From Candidatus Latescibacterota bacterium (GTDB taxonomy: Bacteria > Latescibacterota > UBA2968), in NCBI GenBank assembly GCA_965262145.1, contig OZ253501.1, positions 4,260,946 to 4,324,945 on the forward strand: a DNA stretch of 64,000 nt. The letters run 5' to 3'. Below, in pieces: positions 47,333 through 56,662 of this stretch. A program made the position numbers and the translations under genes. The notes beneath the pieces were generated by a model that saw nothing but the letters and a program-made list of their open reading frames with translations, did no database searches and had not been told where the DNA came from. Position 1 is the first letter of the stretch, and every line of letters starts with the position of its first letter.

Positions 47333-50122
47333 ATGAGAACACTAATCGGGATAATATGTCTATTTTTTATTGGGTGTAGATATTTTAATCCATCTATAGA
47401 TGTGGATTATACGGTCAAAGTGATTGATCCTGAAAATCAAATTTTTGAGATTGAAATGGCGATTCAAAACACGCCTACAGGCGATGTTATTTTGCAACAA
47501 CACGCTTATGCAGAATTTGTACCGATAAAAAAAATGGATGCTCTCCATGCCGATGGATCTCAAGTTGAGATTATTTCCCACAAAAGGAGAAAGAGTGGCA
47601 ATGGACCCCGCCTGACAGAAGTGCAGTATATTCTCAAGAATCCAAAGCAAGGCTCTGTTTTGTTGAGGTATCATATCCAAGTTGGAAAAGAAATATATGC
47701 CGAGCATGGGAGACAATCTTTTCATACCTATGGTTATATGAATGATCAATTTGCACTCATTTCGAGCCGCAATTTATTCCTACTGCCAGAGTTAAATATA
47801 AATCAAATAAGAGCAAAATTTGAGCTGCCTTCAGGATGGGTACTAGGCGAACAATGGATAAAAAAAGAAGGGTGGTTAGTCCCTTCAGCAGAATCCAAGT
47901 ATCTAAAAGAGGAATTTATTAATGCCAATTTTGTGATGGGGTTGCTCGACCATAAAAGCAGAAAAATTGGTGATACTGAGATCAGCGTTTTTGTCTTGCA
48001 AGAATGGAACCAGAATCGAAAAGAAAAATTATATGAAACAGCTTTTACTCTATACAAAGAAGCCGCCTCTATATTTAATGCAGAAGGTGGGGGGAAGTAC
48101 ATCTTTGGTTTTGTGCCCGAAACGAACGAAGGACTTGAGATTTTCACAACTGAAAATTCTTTTTCCCAGGGTTTAGCAATGAGTCCGCCAACTCCAGAAC
48201 GTTGGTTGTTATGTGCAGAGAGTCTTTTAAATCGCTGGTTGATTTATCCTACATTTCGCATGGAATACGAAGATAGAGATGATTTTTGGTTGCTTGATGG
48301 TATTCCGGCTTATTATGCGATCCGAGTATGCGATAAAATTGGGGTTTTGGATGGCGACGCATATTTAAGGGCAGAAAAAGACAAATTTGTCACGGGTATG
48401 GTGCAACGAAGCTTCAGGCGTCTTATCCACGCTTTAGCCAATGATTCAAGTGCCGTGACAGTTTATCATCCTTTGACTGATGTGCGTCATTTGCAGACTA
48501 AAGGGACGTATGCAGAGCATCGCAAACGGGTTGCGCCATATCTCGTTGCATTTATGGACGAGGAATTGAAACGGCAATCAAATAGCAAATACGATTTTAC
48601 TCACATTCTTCAGTATGAGTATGCAAAACGTAGAAATTTGAACTTGCAGGCAGACTTAACGCATGTGGTTGGTAAAGAAATTTCTAATTTAGTAATGAAT
48701 TATTTGCACAACGGAAAAAAAATCGTGCGAAGAATTAATGCCGTTGCAGACAGGCCGCCTTCTTTTCCTCAAAATAAACCGACAGGTATCACGCAGAGCC
48801 AAGGCGATACGCTTCAAATACTACTGACTTCTCATACACGCGGATTTCTGGAGCATTGTGGCTGCAAAGTCAATCAAAGTGGCGGTGTTGCTCGACGGGC
48901 AAAATATATCAAAGAATTACGGCATCAAAATCCAGACCTTTTGCTGATTGATGCAGGAAACTTTTTTTCCTGGGATAAACAGACTTTTCGCATCACGGAG
49001 TTTACAAATAGAGAATTAGATTTGTATTTATCTACAATGGATATGATGGATTACGATCTGGCTACGATATCCTATGCAGAGCTTTTCTATGGCGACAAAC
49101 TTTTGAAAGCAAAAGCCGAGAATATAAAATTTCCATTTGTCTGTGCAAACATAACCCAGGACGGTGTTCCAATTGCGAAGCCTTATGTTGTCTTGACGAG
49201 TGGTACATACAAGGTCGGGTTTTTGGGTCTTTTTCAACCCCCGATCCAACGCGGCGATAAACAGTTTCAAATTTACCAAAAACAGATCCAGAATTTAACG
49301 ATTTTAGATCCTATCGAGACCGCGCAACAATACCTACCTGATTTGAGCAAAAAATGTGACGTTGTTTTTATTGTTGGAAACCTGGACCCTATCCTAATTC
49401 GAGAGCAATTAATTAATATTCAAGGAATTGATGCTGTTATTTCTATTACCAGCAGTCAAGCTTTTGTCTATAAAAAAGATGAACAGTTCGTACACATTAA
49501 GCAAGATGAGTCTGGATTCCGTAATCGTATGCTTGTTATATATCCTTATCTTGAACTCTATGGCATCGAAGACTTGAAGATTGCTATCGATAAAAATAAT
49601 CAAATCATCGGCGGTAGGAGAACACCTGTTTTTTTAAGAGAAGAAATCGGAGAAGATTTTGAAGTCAAAAAAGAGATAGATGCTTTTTATACGAAAAATT
49701 TTGCTGAAGAATCAAAGATTGATCCTATAACGGAATGGAATCAGTATTTTGAACAAATAGATTTTGTCGGAAGTGCAACCTGCCAAACATGTCACCCTCA
49801 ACAATTTGCCCAATGGAAAACGACAAAACACGCGTTTGCGATGAATACATTGCTCGACAAAAAAAGACAATACCAGCCTAAATGTGTTATTTGTCATGTA
49901 ACCGGTGCAGGGTACGAAACAGGCTATAAAATGGGAGACCTACAGCATCCATTGATCAATGTTCAATGTGAGGCTTGCCATGGCCCGGGGAAACGTCACA
50001 GTCAAAATCCAACACAGCACCGTCTTATAAAAACGATACCTGAGCAACTTTGTACAACTTGCCACGACTCAGAGCACTCCGACTTTGATTTTGCCACTTA
50101 TTACCCTAAGGTTAAGCATTAG
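47333..50122 (+). CDS. Lipoprotein with metallophosphoesterase (5'-nucleotidase-like) domain fused to a C-terminal tetraheme cytochrome c
   Basis: It has the lipobox-like 'LFFIGC'. The central 'LLTSHTRGFLEHCGC...LLIDAGNFF' is calcineurin-like. Four CxxCH motifs are present (CQTCH, CVICH, CEACH, CTTCH). It is 929 aa. Confidence 0.7.
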   Translation: MRTLIGIICLFFIGCRYFNPSIDVDYTVKVIDPENQIFEIEMAIQNTPTGDVILQQHAYAEFVPIKKMDALHADGSQVEIISHKRRKSGNGPRLTEVQYILKNPKQGSVLLRYHIQVGKEIYAEHGRQSFHTYGYMNDQFALISSRNLFLLPELNINQIRAKFELPSGWVLGEQWIKKEGWLVPSAESKYLKEEFINANFVMGLLDHKSRKIGDTEISVFVLQEWNQNRKEKLYETAFTLYKEAASIFNAEGGGKYIFGFVPETNEGLEIFTTENSFSQGLAMSPPTPERWLLCAESLLNRWLIYPTFRMEYEDRDDFWLLDGIPAYYAIRVCDKIGVLDGDAYLRAEKDKFVTGMVQRSFRRLIHALANDSSAVTVYHPLTDVRHLQTKGTYAEHRKRVAPYLVAFMDEELKRQSNSKYDFTHILQYEYAKRRNLNLQADLTHVVGKEISNLVMNYLHNGKKIVRRINAVADRPPSFPQNKPTGITQSQGDTLQILLTSHTRGFLEHCGCKVNQSGGVARRAKYIKELRHQNPDLLLIDAGNFFSWDKQTFRITEFTNRELDLYLSTMDMMDYDLATISYAELFYGDKLLKAKAENIKFPFVCANITQDGVPIAKPYVVLTSGTYKVGFLGLFQPPIQRGDKQFQIYQKQIQNLTILDPIETAQQYLPDLSKKCDVVFIVGNLDPILIREQLINIQGIDAVISITSSQAFVYKKDEQFVHIKQDESGFRNRMLVIYPYLELYGIEDLKIAIDKNNQIIGGRRTPVFLREEIGEDFEVKKEIDAFYTKNFAEESKIDPITEWNQYFEQIDFVGSATCQTCHPQQFAQWKTTKHAFAMNTLLDKKRQYQPKCVICHVTGAGYETGYKMGDLQHPLINVQCEACHGPGKRHSQNPTQHRLIKTIPEQLCTTCHDSEHSDFDFATYYPKVKH

Positions 50123-50142
50123 AGAAATTCGAACTGAAATAA

Positions 50143-50238
50143 GCGGGTTCTTCAGAAGGGACGGTTCCATTATCTATGCATAGCATGAATATAGAAGAAC
50201 ACCCTTTTCCACTTTATTTTTTTGAAAGGAGGTGATAT
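50143..50238 (+). promoter_or_regulatory. Conserved 5' leader/promoter region (copy B) with CTATGCATAG palindrome
   Basis: About 95% identical to 40245-40344. It includes the SD GAAAGGAGGTGATATT. Confidence 0.6.
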
Positions 50239-50629
50239 TATGACCAAAAGACGGAAAATCCTGACATTTTGTGCTACTCAGGTTTCAATGATTGCCCTCG
50301 CTCTTGGTTTTGGCGGCAATCAACAAGCCCAAGGCCCTTATGCCAAACTGTTTAATAATGCTTTTGGTGTGAAGGATGCAGAAGCACAAGTGGCTTGGGA
50401 TGAAATACAGTGTGGGGTATGCATGGAGGAGGAATGGGTATATACGAACGAGAAGGGGGAAGAATTGAATGGGTATGCTTCTTGGTGTTCTGATGCCCAA
50501 GCGGAACCAGGTGACTGGTGTGAGTATGATGTAGTTACAGGGCATTGTACTGGTGGTGGCGGAGAAGAAGCATGCGGTTATGATGAGTACGGCGATGGTG
50601 GTGAGCATGATGATGACGACGAGTCGTAA
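50239..50629 (+). CDS. Small secreted 6-Cys acidic protein, paralog B (129 aa)
   Basis: It starts at MTKRRKIL behind the same SD. It has a conserved signal/leader, a divergent core with six Cys, and an acidic tail 'EHDDDDES'. Confidence 0.6.
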
Positions 50630-50754
50630 AGTGAACATCTCACAACTTTTTTAGCTGCTCCTTGATGTTATGCTATCTAATGGGAGGGGAAAAATTTTCC
50701 CTCCCATTAGCTCACTTCCGCCTGTCAGTGTCGTATAAGCAAAAGGAATGCGCT

Positions 50755-53169
50755 ATGAAGAAGCGATTCGTCATTCATATCGTACTGATTACGTTGACCA
50801 GTCTCTTTGGTTCTAGTTCGTCTAGAGGCGAAACAACAATAGACTCGCTATTTCAGGTGGCAGAGCAGAAAGTTGGACAGGTGGGTCGGAAGGAAAGCAT
50901 TGCGGCATTTCAGGCTATTCTATCACGCGACGACGAGTATGCCCCTGCATATAACGCATTGGCCAAACTGTATTTACAAGCCAATACCGTGAATGACCGC
51001 CAGCGTGCTGCTCAGATGATTCTCAAAGCAATTATGATTGACCCAAATGACGCTGAATATCGCCTGATGCGCGGGAAAATCTGGTGGGCACAGGGCTTTC
51101 GATTTCGGGCATTGAGCCAATACGAGAATGTGCTCAAGAAAGATTCGAATAATACGGACGCCCTGTATGGTACGGGTATATTTTGGCTGTATGATTTTTT
51201 AGCACTGAAAGATGAACCCCGAAATTTTAGGAAATATGCTCAAGAAGCCAAACAAGAAGCGGAGCAGGCTCTGCGAACAAGCATCCAATTGGATGCGACA
51301 AATCAGATGCCGTATTATTTGTTGGGTATGTTTTATTTTGAAGATGAGGATTGGAGGGCTTTTCAAACATTGGTGCAAGACCTACACGCGCATTATCCAA
51401 ATGACAAGAATGCGCTGTTGTTCTGCGGGCTTGCCGCCTATCATCTTGGCGAGTTCAATGAATCGCATGACTATTATCAACGCGCCCTTGACTTGATGAG
51501 TGTTGAAGAACGAGAGTTGCTCGAATCTACCGACCTGCTTGTGCCACAAGAAGATCATGCATCCCGCGATACGACGCAGATGATTGATGCGCTATTGGCG
51601 AAGGAGATGTTCTGGAAACGCCAGGATCCGCTCTATTTATCTGATTTCAATGAAAGAAAAATGGAACACTTTGGCCGCATGGCTTATGCTAATCTGAGGT
51701 TCAAGCGATTTTCGGATGATGTCGAAGGGTGGCAGACAGACATGGGGAAGACCTATATCAAATTCGGAAGATATAGACATAGAAGATCCAGTTATCTTGG
51801 ACGGGGCGAGACCTGGTTTTATGAAACATTCAAGGTAGCATTTTGCGGCAACGGGGGTGACCGTTGGCGTTTTTGCGGTGGTTATGAAGGAGGCGGTGTC
51901 AGTTTCTACTCATCTACGAGTAGCGCGGAAAGCGGTGGAATTTTCAACTCAAATACGGAAGCTTTTCTTTCTAAGCTCTTCGGTAGTCGAGATGGTCCAA
52001 GGGATGAATATACGGATGCAGGCGAAGTGAGGCGTCATTTTCGACGAAGACGTTTGAGTTTTAGAACACCACTGGCCCTCGAAGAACCCTCACATCATAC
52101 CTTCAAAAAAATGGCCCAACGCTTTGTCGATCCGTATTTGAAACGAAAATACACCCTCCCCTATCAAATCGCGGCCTTTGAAGAACGAGATAGCGTACGC
52201 GTGGAACTTAGTTATATGATTCCGAAAGACCGCTTAGAATCAAAACCCGAGACTGGCGAAGTGGGTTTTTGGGATGGAGTATTCTTATTTGATGAGCAGT
52301 GGAATGACGTGTATAACTATCGCAAATCTGTGAGCTTCGCACTACCGCCTCCCCTACCAGCCGAAAACGCCGCCGCGAGGCATCGCAACGATCACCTGTT
52401 GGTCTCGCGTATGTTATCCGTCCCTCAAGGCAACTATCATCTTTCCGTGGAATTGTTGGATCAAACATCCGGTGCGATAGGCATTGCCCGCGATGAAGAG
52501 CAGTATGTCTATGACGTTGAGAGCTTTCACCTGAGTGATCTACTGGTCGGAAGTAATATCCAAACGCGACACTCTTTCCCCCAAGGTCGTGATGACCTGA
52601 TCATCACCCCTAATCCTGTCCGAACGTTTTCACAGTCTGAATCAGTTTTTATCTATTTGGAATTGTACGATCTCAAACGCGATGATTTTGGCAACACAGC
52701 TTATGAGATTTCCTACACCATCGGCAAGCCAGAGGTAGATACGCTATCGCCCACATTATTCACATCTCAAAATGTGATTGATACAATGGGCAAAACAGAA
52801 ATCGATCTGCACAGTGGACAAGCAGATCACATAGCCGCCGAGGGCTTGCCGGGCGGGCGGTCACAGGATAGTGATAAGATCAGCATATTTGCCGATAGTG
52901 ATATATGGGGCGAGACAAAGGTTTATACAAGTGGAGGGCAGGTCCATCACATCGCCGCTGAGGGCTTAAAGATCAAGAGATCAAAAGATGGCGATTTGAC
53001 CCGCACAGTAACAGCCGATTACGAAGGTAATCGAGAAGATGATTTCACGTATTTGCAGATCGATGTGAATCAGGTGCCTGAAGGGATTTATCAATTGACG
53101 GTATTGGCGAGGGACAAGCGGACTGAACAGACGGATAGGAAATACGTTTATTTTCGCATTATTAATTAA
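50755..53169 (+). CDS. TPR plus GWxTD-domain protein, paralog B (804 aa)
   Basis: It starts at MKKRFVIH, with the same upstream 'aaaggaatgc.ctatga' context as copy A. The motif is 'VEGWQTDMGKTYIKFGRY'. Confidence 0.75.
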   Translation: MKKRFVIHIVLITLTSLFGSSSSRGETTIDSLFQVAEQKVGQVGRKESIAAFQAILSRDDEYAPAYNALAKLYLQANTVNDRQRAAQMILKAIMIDPNDAEYRLMRGKIWWAQGFRFRALSQYENVLKKDSNNTDALYGTGIFWLYDFLALKDEPRNFRKYAQEAKQEAEQALRTSIQLDATNQMPYYLLGMFYFEDEDWRAFQTLVQDLHAHYPNDKNALLFCGLAAYHLGEFNESHDYYQRALDLMSVEERELLESTDLLVPQEDHASRDTTQMIDALLAKEMFWKRQDPLYLSDFNERKMEHFGRMAYANLRFKRFSDDVEGWQTDMGKTYIKFGRYRHRRSSYLGRGETWFYETFKVAFCGNGGDRWRFCGGYEGGGVSFYSSTSSAESGGIFNSNTEAFLSKLFGSRDGPRDEYTDAGEVRRHFRRRRLSFRTPLALEEPSHHTFKKMAQRFVDPYLKRKYTLPYQIAAFEERDSVRVELSYMIPKDRLESKPETGEVGFWDGVFLFDEQWNDVYNYRKSVSFALPPPLPAENAAARHRNDHLLVSRMLSVPQGNYHLSVELLDQTSGAIGIARDEEQYVYDVESFHLSDLLVGSNIQTRHSFPQGRDDLIITPNPVRTFSQSESVFIYLELYDLKRDDFGNTAYEISYTIGKPEVDTLSPTLFTSQNVIDTMGKTEIDLHSGQADHIAAEGLPGGRSQDSDKISIFADSDIWGETKVYTSGGQVHHIAAEGLKIKRSKDGDLTRTVTADYEGNREDDFTYLQIDVNQVPEGIYQLTVLARDKRTEQTDRKYVYFRIIN

Positions 53170-53322
53170 ACGATCAGTCCTCAGCCGATGGACCGGTCAA
53201 AGGTCACACAGCCTAAAGCTACGCTGTCTGTTATAAAACGGTCAGCATTCAGACGTACAGAGCAGCAACCGCTGATCCGGTTCAAATACTCCGACACAAA
53301 TGAACTCTGTGGTTGCTTTTCC

Positions 53323-54009
53323 TCAACGCTCTCGCCCTGACACAAACAAATCGTAAGAATTTGACTGCCAGCCGCCATCATTTACAATTCCATCATTTGT
53401 ATCTCTCAGCCATTTAACCATACGATCCTTCATGCGCCTGAGCACATGTTTGTATCCCAACTTCGGAGCCAAATTGTGCAATTCCCCTGGATCGCTCTCC
53501 AGATCGTAAAGTTCATCCTCGCTACACGGATTGTAGATATACTTCCACTTTCTGGTCTGCACCATCCGAATCGTACACAGCGCAGGCTCGTACCCGTGAT
53601 GCTCTGCAAAAATATCCTCACGCCAGTCCGGCGGCGTCTCCCCGTGCAGTAAAGGCAACAGAGAACACCCATCGACCTTATTGGGAATATCCACACCCGC
53701 CATATCGAGAAACGTCGGCATAATATCGACCAAACTCACAAAATCATCGCACACACGATTGGGTTCAACAACACCCGGCCAACGGATCGCCAATGGAACC
53801 TGGTGCGTCTCGTTGTACATATTCATCATCTTATTAAACAAATGGTGACTCCCCAACATATCGCCGTGATCCGAACTGTAGATAATCACCGTATTATCCA
53901 ACTGACCGGCTCGTTCCAAAGCATATAGAACGCGCTTCACCTGATCATCAATAAACGTGCAGTACCCCCAATAGGTCGCGATCACCTTCTGCCAATCGGG
54001 CCATGTCAA
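53323..54009 (-). pseudogene. Sulfatase gene fragment, C-terminal part, separated from its N-terminus by an IS5 insertion
   Basis: 'SSDHGDMLGSHH' and the C-terminal sulfatase blocks are present. It continues the reading frame of fragments at 54916-55418 across the IS. Confidence 0.75.
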
Positions 54010-54025
54010 ATGACTGGCATTCCAC

Positions 54026-54960
54026 CTGAGAAGCTGTTTTAAAACCCCTCGCTTAAGCGAGTCTGTTGATTAAGAGGTAAATCATAACGATGTAAATAAA
54101 GGCTTCACTACTGTCGGTCAAGTCTTCATAATCCTTTGATAGTCGGCGAAAATTAAATAACCAAGCAAAGGTGCGCTCGACGACCCACCGGCGTTTGACG
54201 AGTTGAAAGCCTTTGCCTTTTGGGGTGACAACCTCAAGATCAATCTTATGCGTCTGCTTCTTAGCAGCGACCCATTTCTTGAGGTCTTCACCTCGATAGC
54301 CGCCATCAACCCATAGCTTGCGTAAGCGTGTCTCTCCCGTGTCAAAATACTGATTGAGCACCTGCTTTAAGCCATCACGGTCTTGGAGATCAGCAGGCGA
54401 GACATAGGTGCTGATGACGAGTCCGAGGGTATCAACGAGAAGATGGCGTTTGCGTCCATTGACCTTTTTGCCAGCATCATAACCTTTTGATTTTCCTTGT
54501 GTTGCTGTCTTGACACTTTGGCTGTCAATGCAGCCTGCTGATGCGGTAGGCTTACGTCCCTGCCGTTTTCTTTCTCGCCGCGTGAGTGCCTGTTGCACCT
54601 GCTCAAAGATGCCTTGCTCGCGCCATTTATTGAAATAGCCATACACGGTCTGCCAGCAGCCGAAGGTATGGGGTAGCATGCGCCATTGGCTGCCGGTCTT
54701 CGTCAGATACAGGATGCCATTGAACACTTGGCGCAAATTGGCAGGAGGGCGTCCGGGACCTCCTTTTCGCCATTTGCGTTTGGGCAGCAAGGGGATCAGC
54801 AGTTGCCATTGCGCTTGGGTGACATTTGTCGGATATTCTCTTTGCGTATTCATCTTTGTCCTTTCGTTTCAGGGTGATTTGCATAACCTGAATTTGGACA
54901 GATGAATACGCTTTTTCAACCCTTTTCTTCACTCACAATAGTTTTAAAACAGCTTCTGAG
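54026..54960 (-). mobile_element. IS5-family insertion sequence (~0.93 kb) with ~20-bp terminal IRs CT(G/C)AGAAGCTGTTTTAAAAC
   Basis: The IRs contain the self-complementary GTTTTAAAAC. A possible 3-bp TSD is TGA. The element sits inside a sulfatase ORF. Confidence 0.75.
54053..54853 (-). CDS. IS5-family DDE transposase
   Basis: It has an N-terminal DUF4096-like 'LTKTGSQWRMLP' and a C-terminal 'VVERTFAWLFNFRRLSKDYE'. Confidence 0.85.
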   Translation of the reverse strand: MNTQREYPTNVTQAQWQLLIPLLPKRKWRKGGPGRPPANLRQVFNGILYLTKTGSQWRMLPHTFGCWQTVYGYFNKWREQGIFEQVQQALTRRERKRQGRKPTASAGCIDSQSVKTATQGKSKGYDAGKKVNGRKRHLLVDTLGLVISTYVSPADLQDRDGLKQVLNQYFDTGETRLRKLWVDGGYRGEDLKKWVAAKKQTHKIDLEVVTPKGKGFQLVKRRWVVERTFAWLFNFRRLSKDYEDLTDSSEAFIYIVMIYLLINRLA

Positions 54961-55418
54961 CATCTCCTTTTGCTGAATACTGGGCTTATCGACAAACTGC
55001 TCGTCGAAATTGATCCAGCGTTCCACAGTCTCGGGATCGTACATCTCATCGTAAAGCTCGGGCACACAATAGGGAAAATGCGGTCCAAAAAAACTGCTAC
55101 AAATCATAAAGGGTTTATCGCCCTCACAAAATCCTTCAATCAGATCAATCGTCCTATCGGCAGTCCAGTGCTCCTGCATATACTCGGCAGGCAACTGCGA
55201 CCGACCGCAAAAAGGCGCGTCACCCCCCCATTCCACGCGCTGAACTTCCTGTGCATACCCCCAATCAAAACCCGCATCGCGCACACTCTGGTTCCAATCA
55301 CGCGCCGTATGCCATTAAATCCCAGGGCATCGTAGCGCTGCATATCGGTAAGCAAAAAAAGGATATTGGGTCTATCGCGTTCCGTGTTCATCGCATAAAC
55401 CTCCTGATCATTTGTCAA
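54916..55418 (-). pseudogene. Sulfatase gene fragment, N-terminal and middle parts, frameshifted and lacking the C-x-P-x-R segment
   Basis: 'RPNILFLLTDMQRYDALG' sits in one frame. The middle part 'FGPHFPY...' is in another frame. No CxPxR motif lies between them. Confidence 0.7.
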
Positions 55419-56656
55419 TCTTTATCTCTCCGAAAACAAATCCAAAACAGAAACGCCCCTATCCCCGTGAGCACTGCCCCGGTGAGAAAAAGACTTGAAT
55501 ATCCCGCAACCGGAATCATATACCCACCGCCCAAAGCCATTGCCGAATAGCCCATCCCCGACATCATAGCAGTCGCACCCGACATAGCCGTACGCCAGCG
55601 CACGGGCACCAATTCCTGATGAAAAATAGCAAAAGCCGAGCGTCGAAGCGAAGCCATCGCCATAATCCCCACCAGGCAAAGACCCGCAACAATCCAGTGT
55701 GAAACCAGTGACATAAAAAAAAGAAAAAGGGCCGTAATAATCGTTACCAAAACCACCGTACGGCGAATGCCAAAACGCGCAGAGAAAAACGGAAGAGCCA
55801 GCGCAGCCGGAACAGCGAGCAACTGTCCCGCAGCGAGTTGCACACTGATAAGAGAAAGGCTGATATTGAGTCCCTTATCCATATAAACATTAAAAAATGT
55901 TCGCGCAGCCGCTTCGCCTGCAACGTGAAGAACGGAAATCAGTGAGGTGATAACAATAGCGGCCAGTGGAAGCGCAGGCGCGTTGGACACACCACTATTG
56001 TCCCCCGCTTCCCGCTTGCGTCCAACCTGAACATCCTGCGTGGCAAGCAGCGCGAAAATCGCCGGAATCAGACAGAGCACCCCAATAAACAACGTATAGC
56101 GATAAACAACGGGCTCCGCGAGTGAAACATTGAGCACATCTGCCAAATAATCCGGAACAATGCCCCCCAACATACTCCCGACAAAACCCGAAAATGGCAT
56201 CAGCGCGGCCTGCATGGCAAAAACCGGAGCGCGCTCAACCGAACTCGTAATACCCATCAAATAAGGCGTGCCATTCACAATAAACAGCGCAATGCCCATC
56301 ACGCCGAACGAATAAGTTATCAAAATAAAATATTCGCGTGTGCCGGTAGAAATTAACTCCGCCTGTGAAAGCAATCCAAAACCCGCCACAGCCATACAAA
56401 TCCCAACAACCATCGTAAACCGACTGCCCCAGCGCCCACCCAGCATCCCACTGGGCAAACTAAACAAGGCAAAACAAAGTGCCCCCGTCGCATTGGCCAA
56501 CCCCACAAATTGGGTATTATACCCCAGGCGCAACAAATAGAGATTGTACAAAAGGGGATAAATACCACCAAAAAGGACAAAACCAAACAGCGCATTAGCC
56601 ATTAAATAGAGGCGTACATCGCGGGAAAAATGCACATTTGAAAAAAGGATAGGCAT
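55415..56656 (-). CDS. MFS transporter
   Basis: It is 413 aa with about 12 TM helices in two six-helix halves. Confidence 0.75.
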   Translation of the reverse strand: MPILFSNVHFSRDVRLYLMANALFGFVLFGGIYPLLYNLYLLRLGYNTQFVGLANATGALCFALFSLPSGMLGGRWGSRFTMVVGICMAVAGFGLLSQAELISTGTREYFILITYSFGVMGIALFIVNGTPYLMGITSSVERAPVFAMQAALMPFSGFVGSMLGGIVPDYLADVLNVSLAEPVVYRYTLFIGVLCLIPAIFALLATQDVQVGRKREAGDNSGVSNAPALPLAAIVITSLISVLHVAGEAAARTFFNVYMDKGLNISLSLISVQLAAGQLLAVPAALALPFFSARFGIRRTVVLVTIITALFLFFMSLVSHWIVAGLCLVGIMAMASLRRSAFAIFHQELVPVRWRTAMSGATAMMSGMGYSAMALGGGYMIPVAGYSSLFLTGAVLTGIGAFLFWICFRRDKD

Positions 56657-56662
56657 CTGCGA

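Larger units (their letters stand above)
50143..53175. repeat. Duplicated cassette, copy 2
   Basis: It is collinear with 40245-43180. Its 3' flank (53176-53245) matches the sequence found downstream of the IS4 element in copy 1 (44590-44650). Confidence 0.8.
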
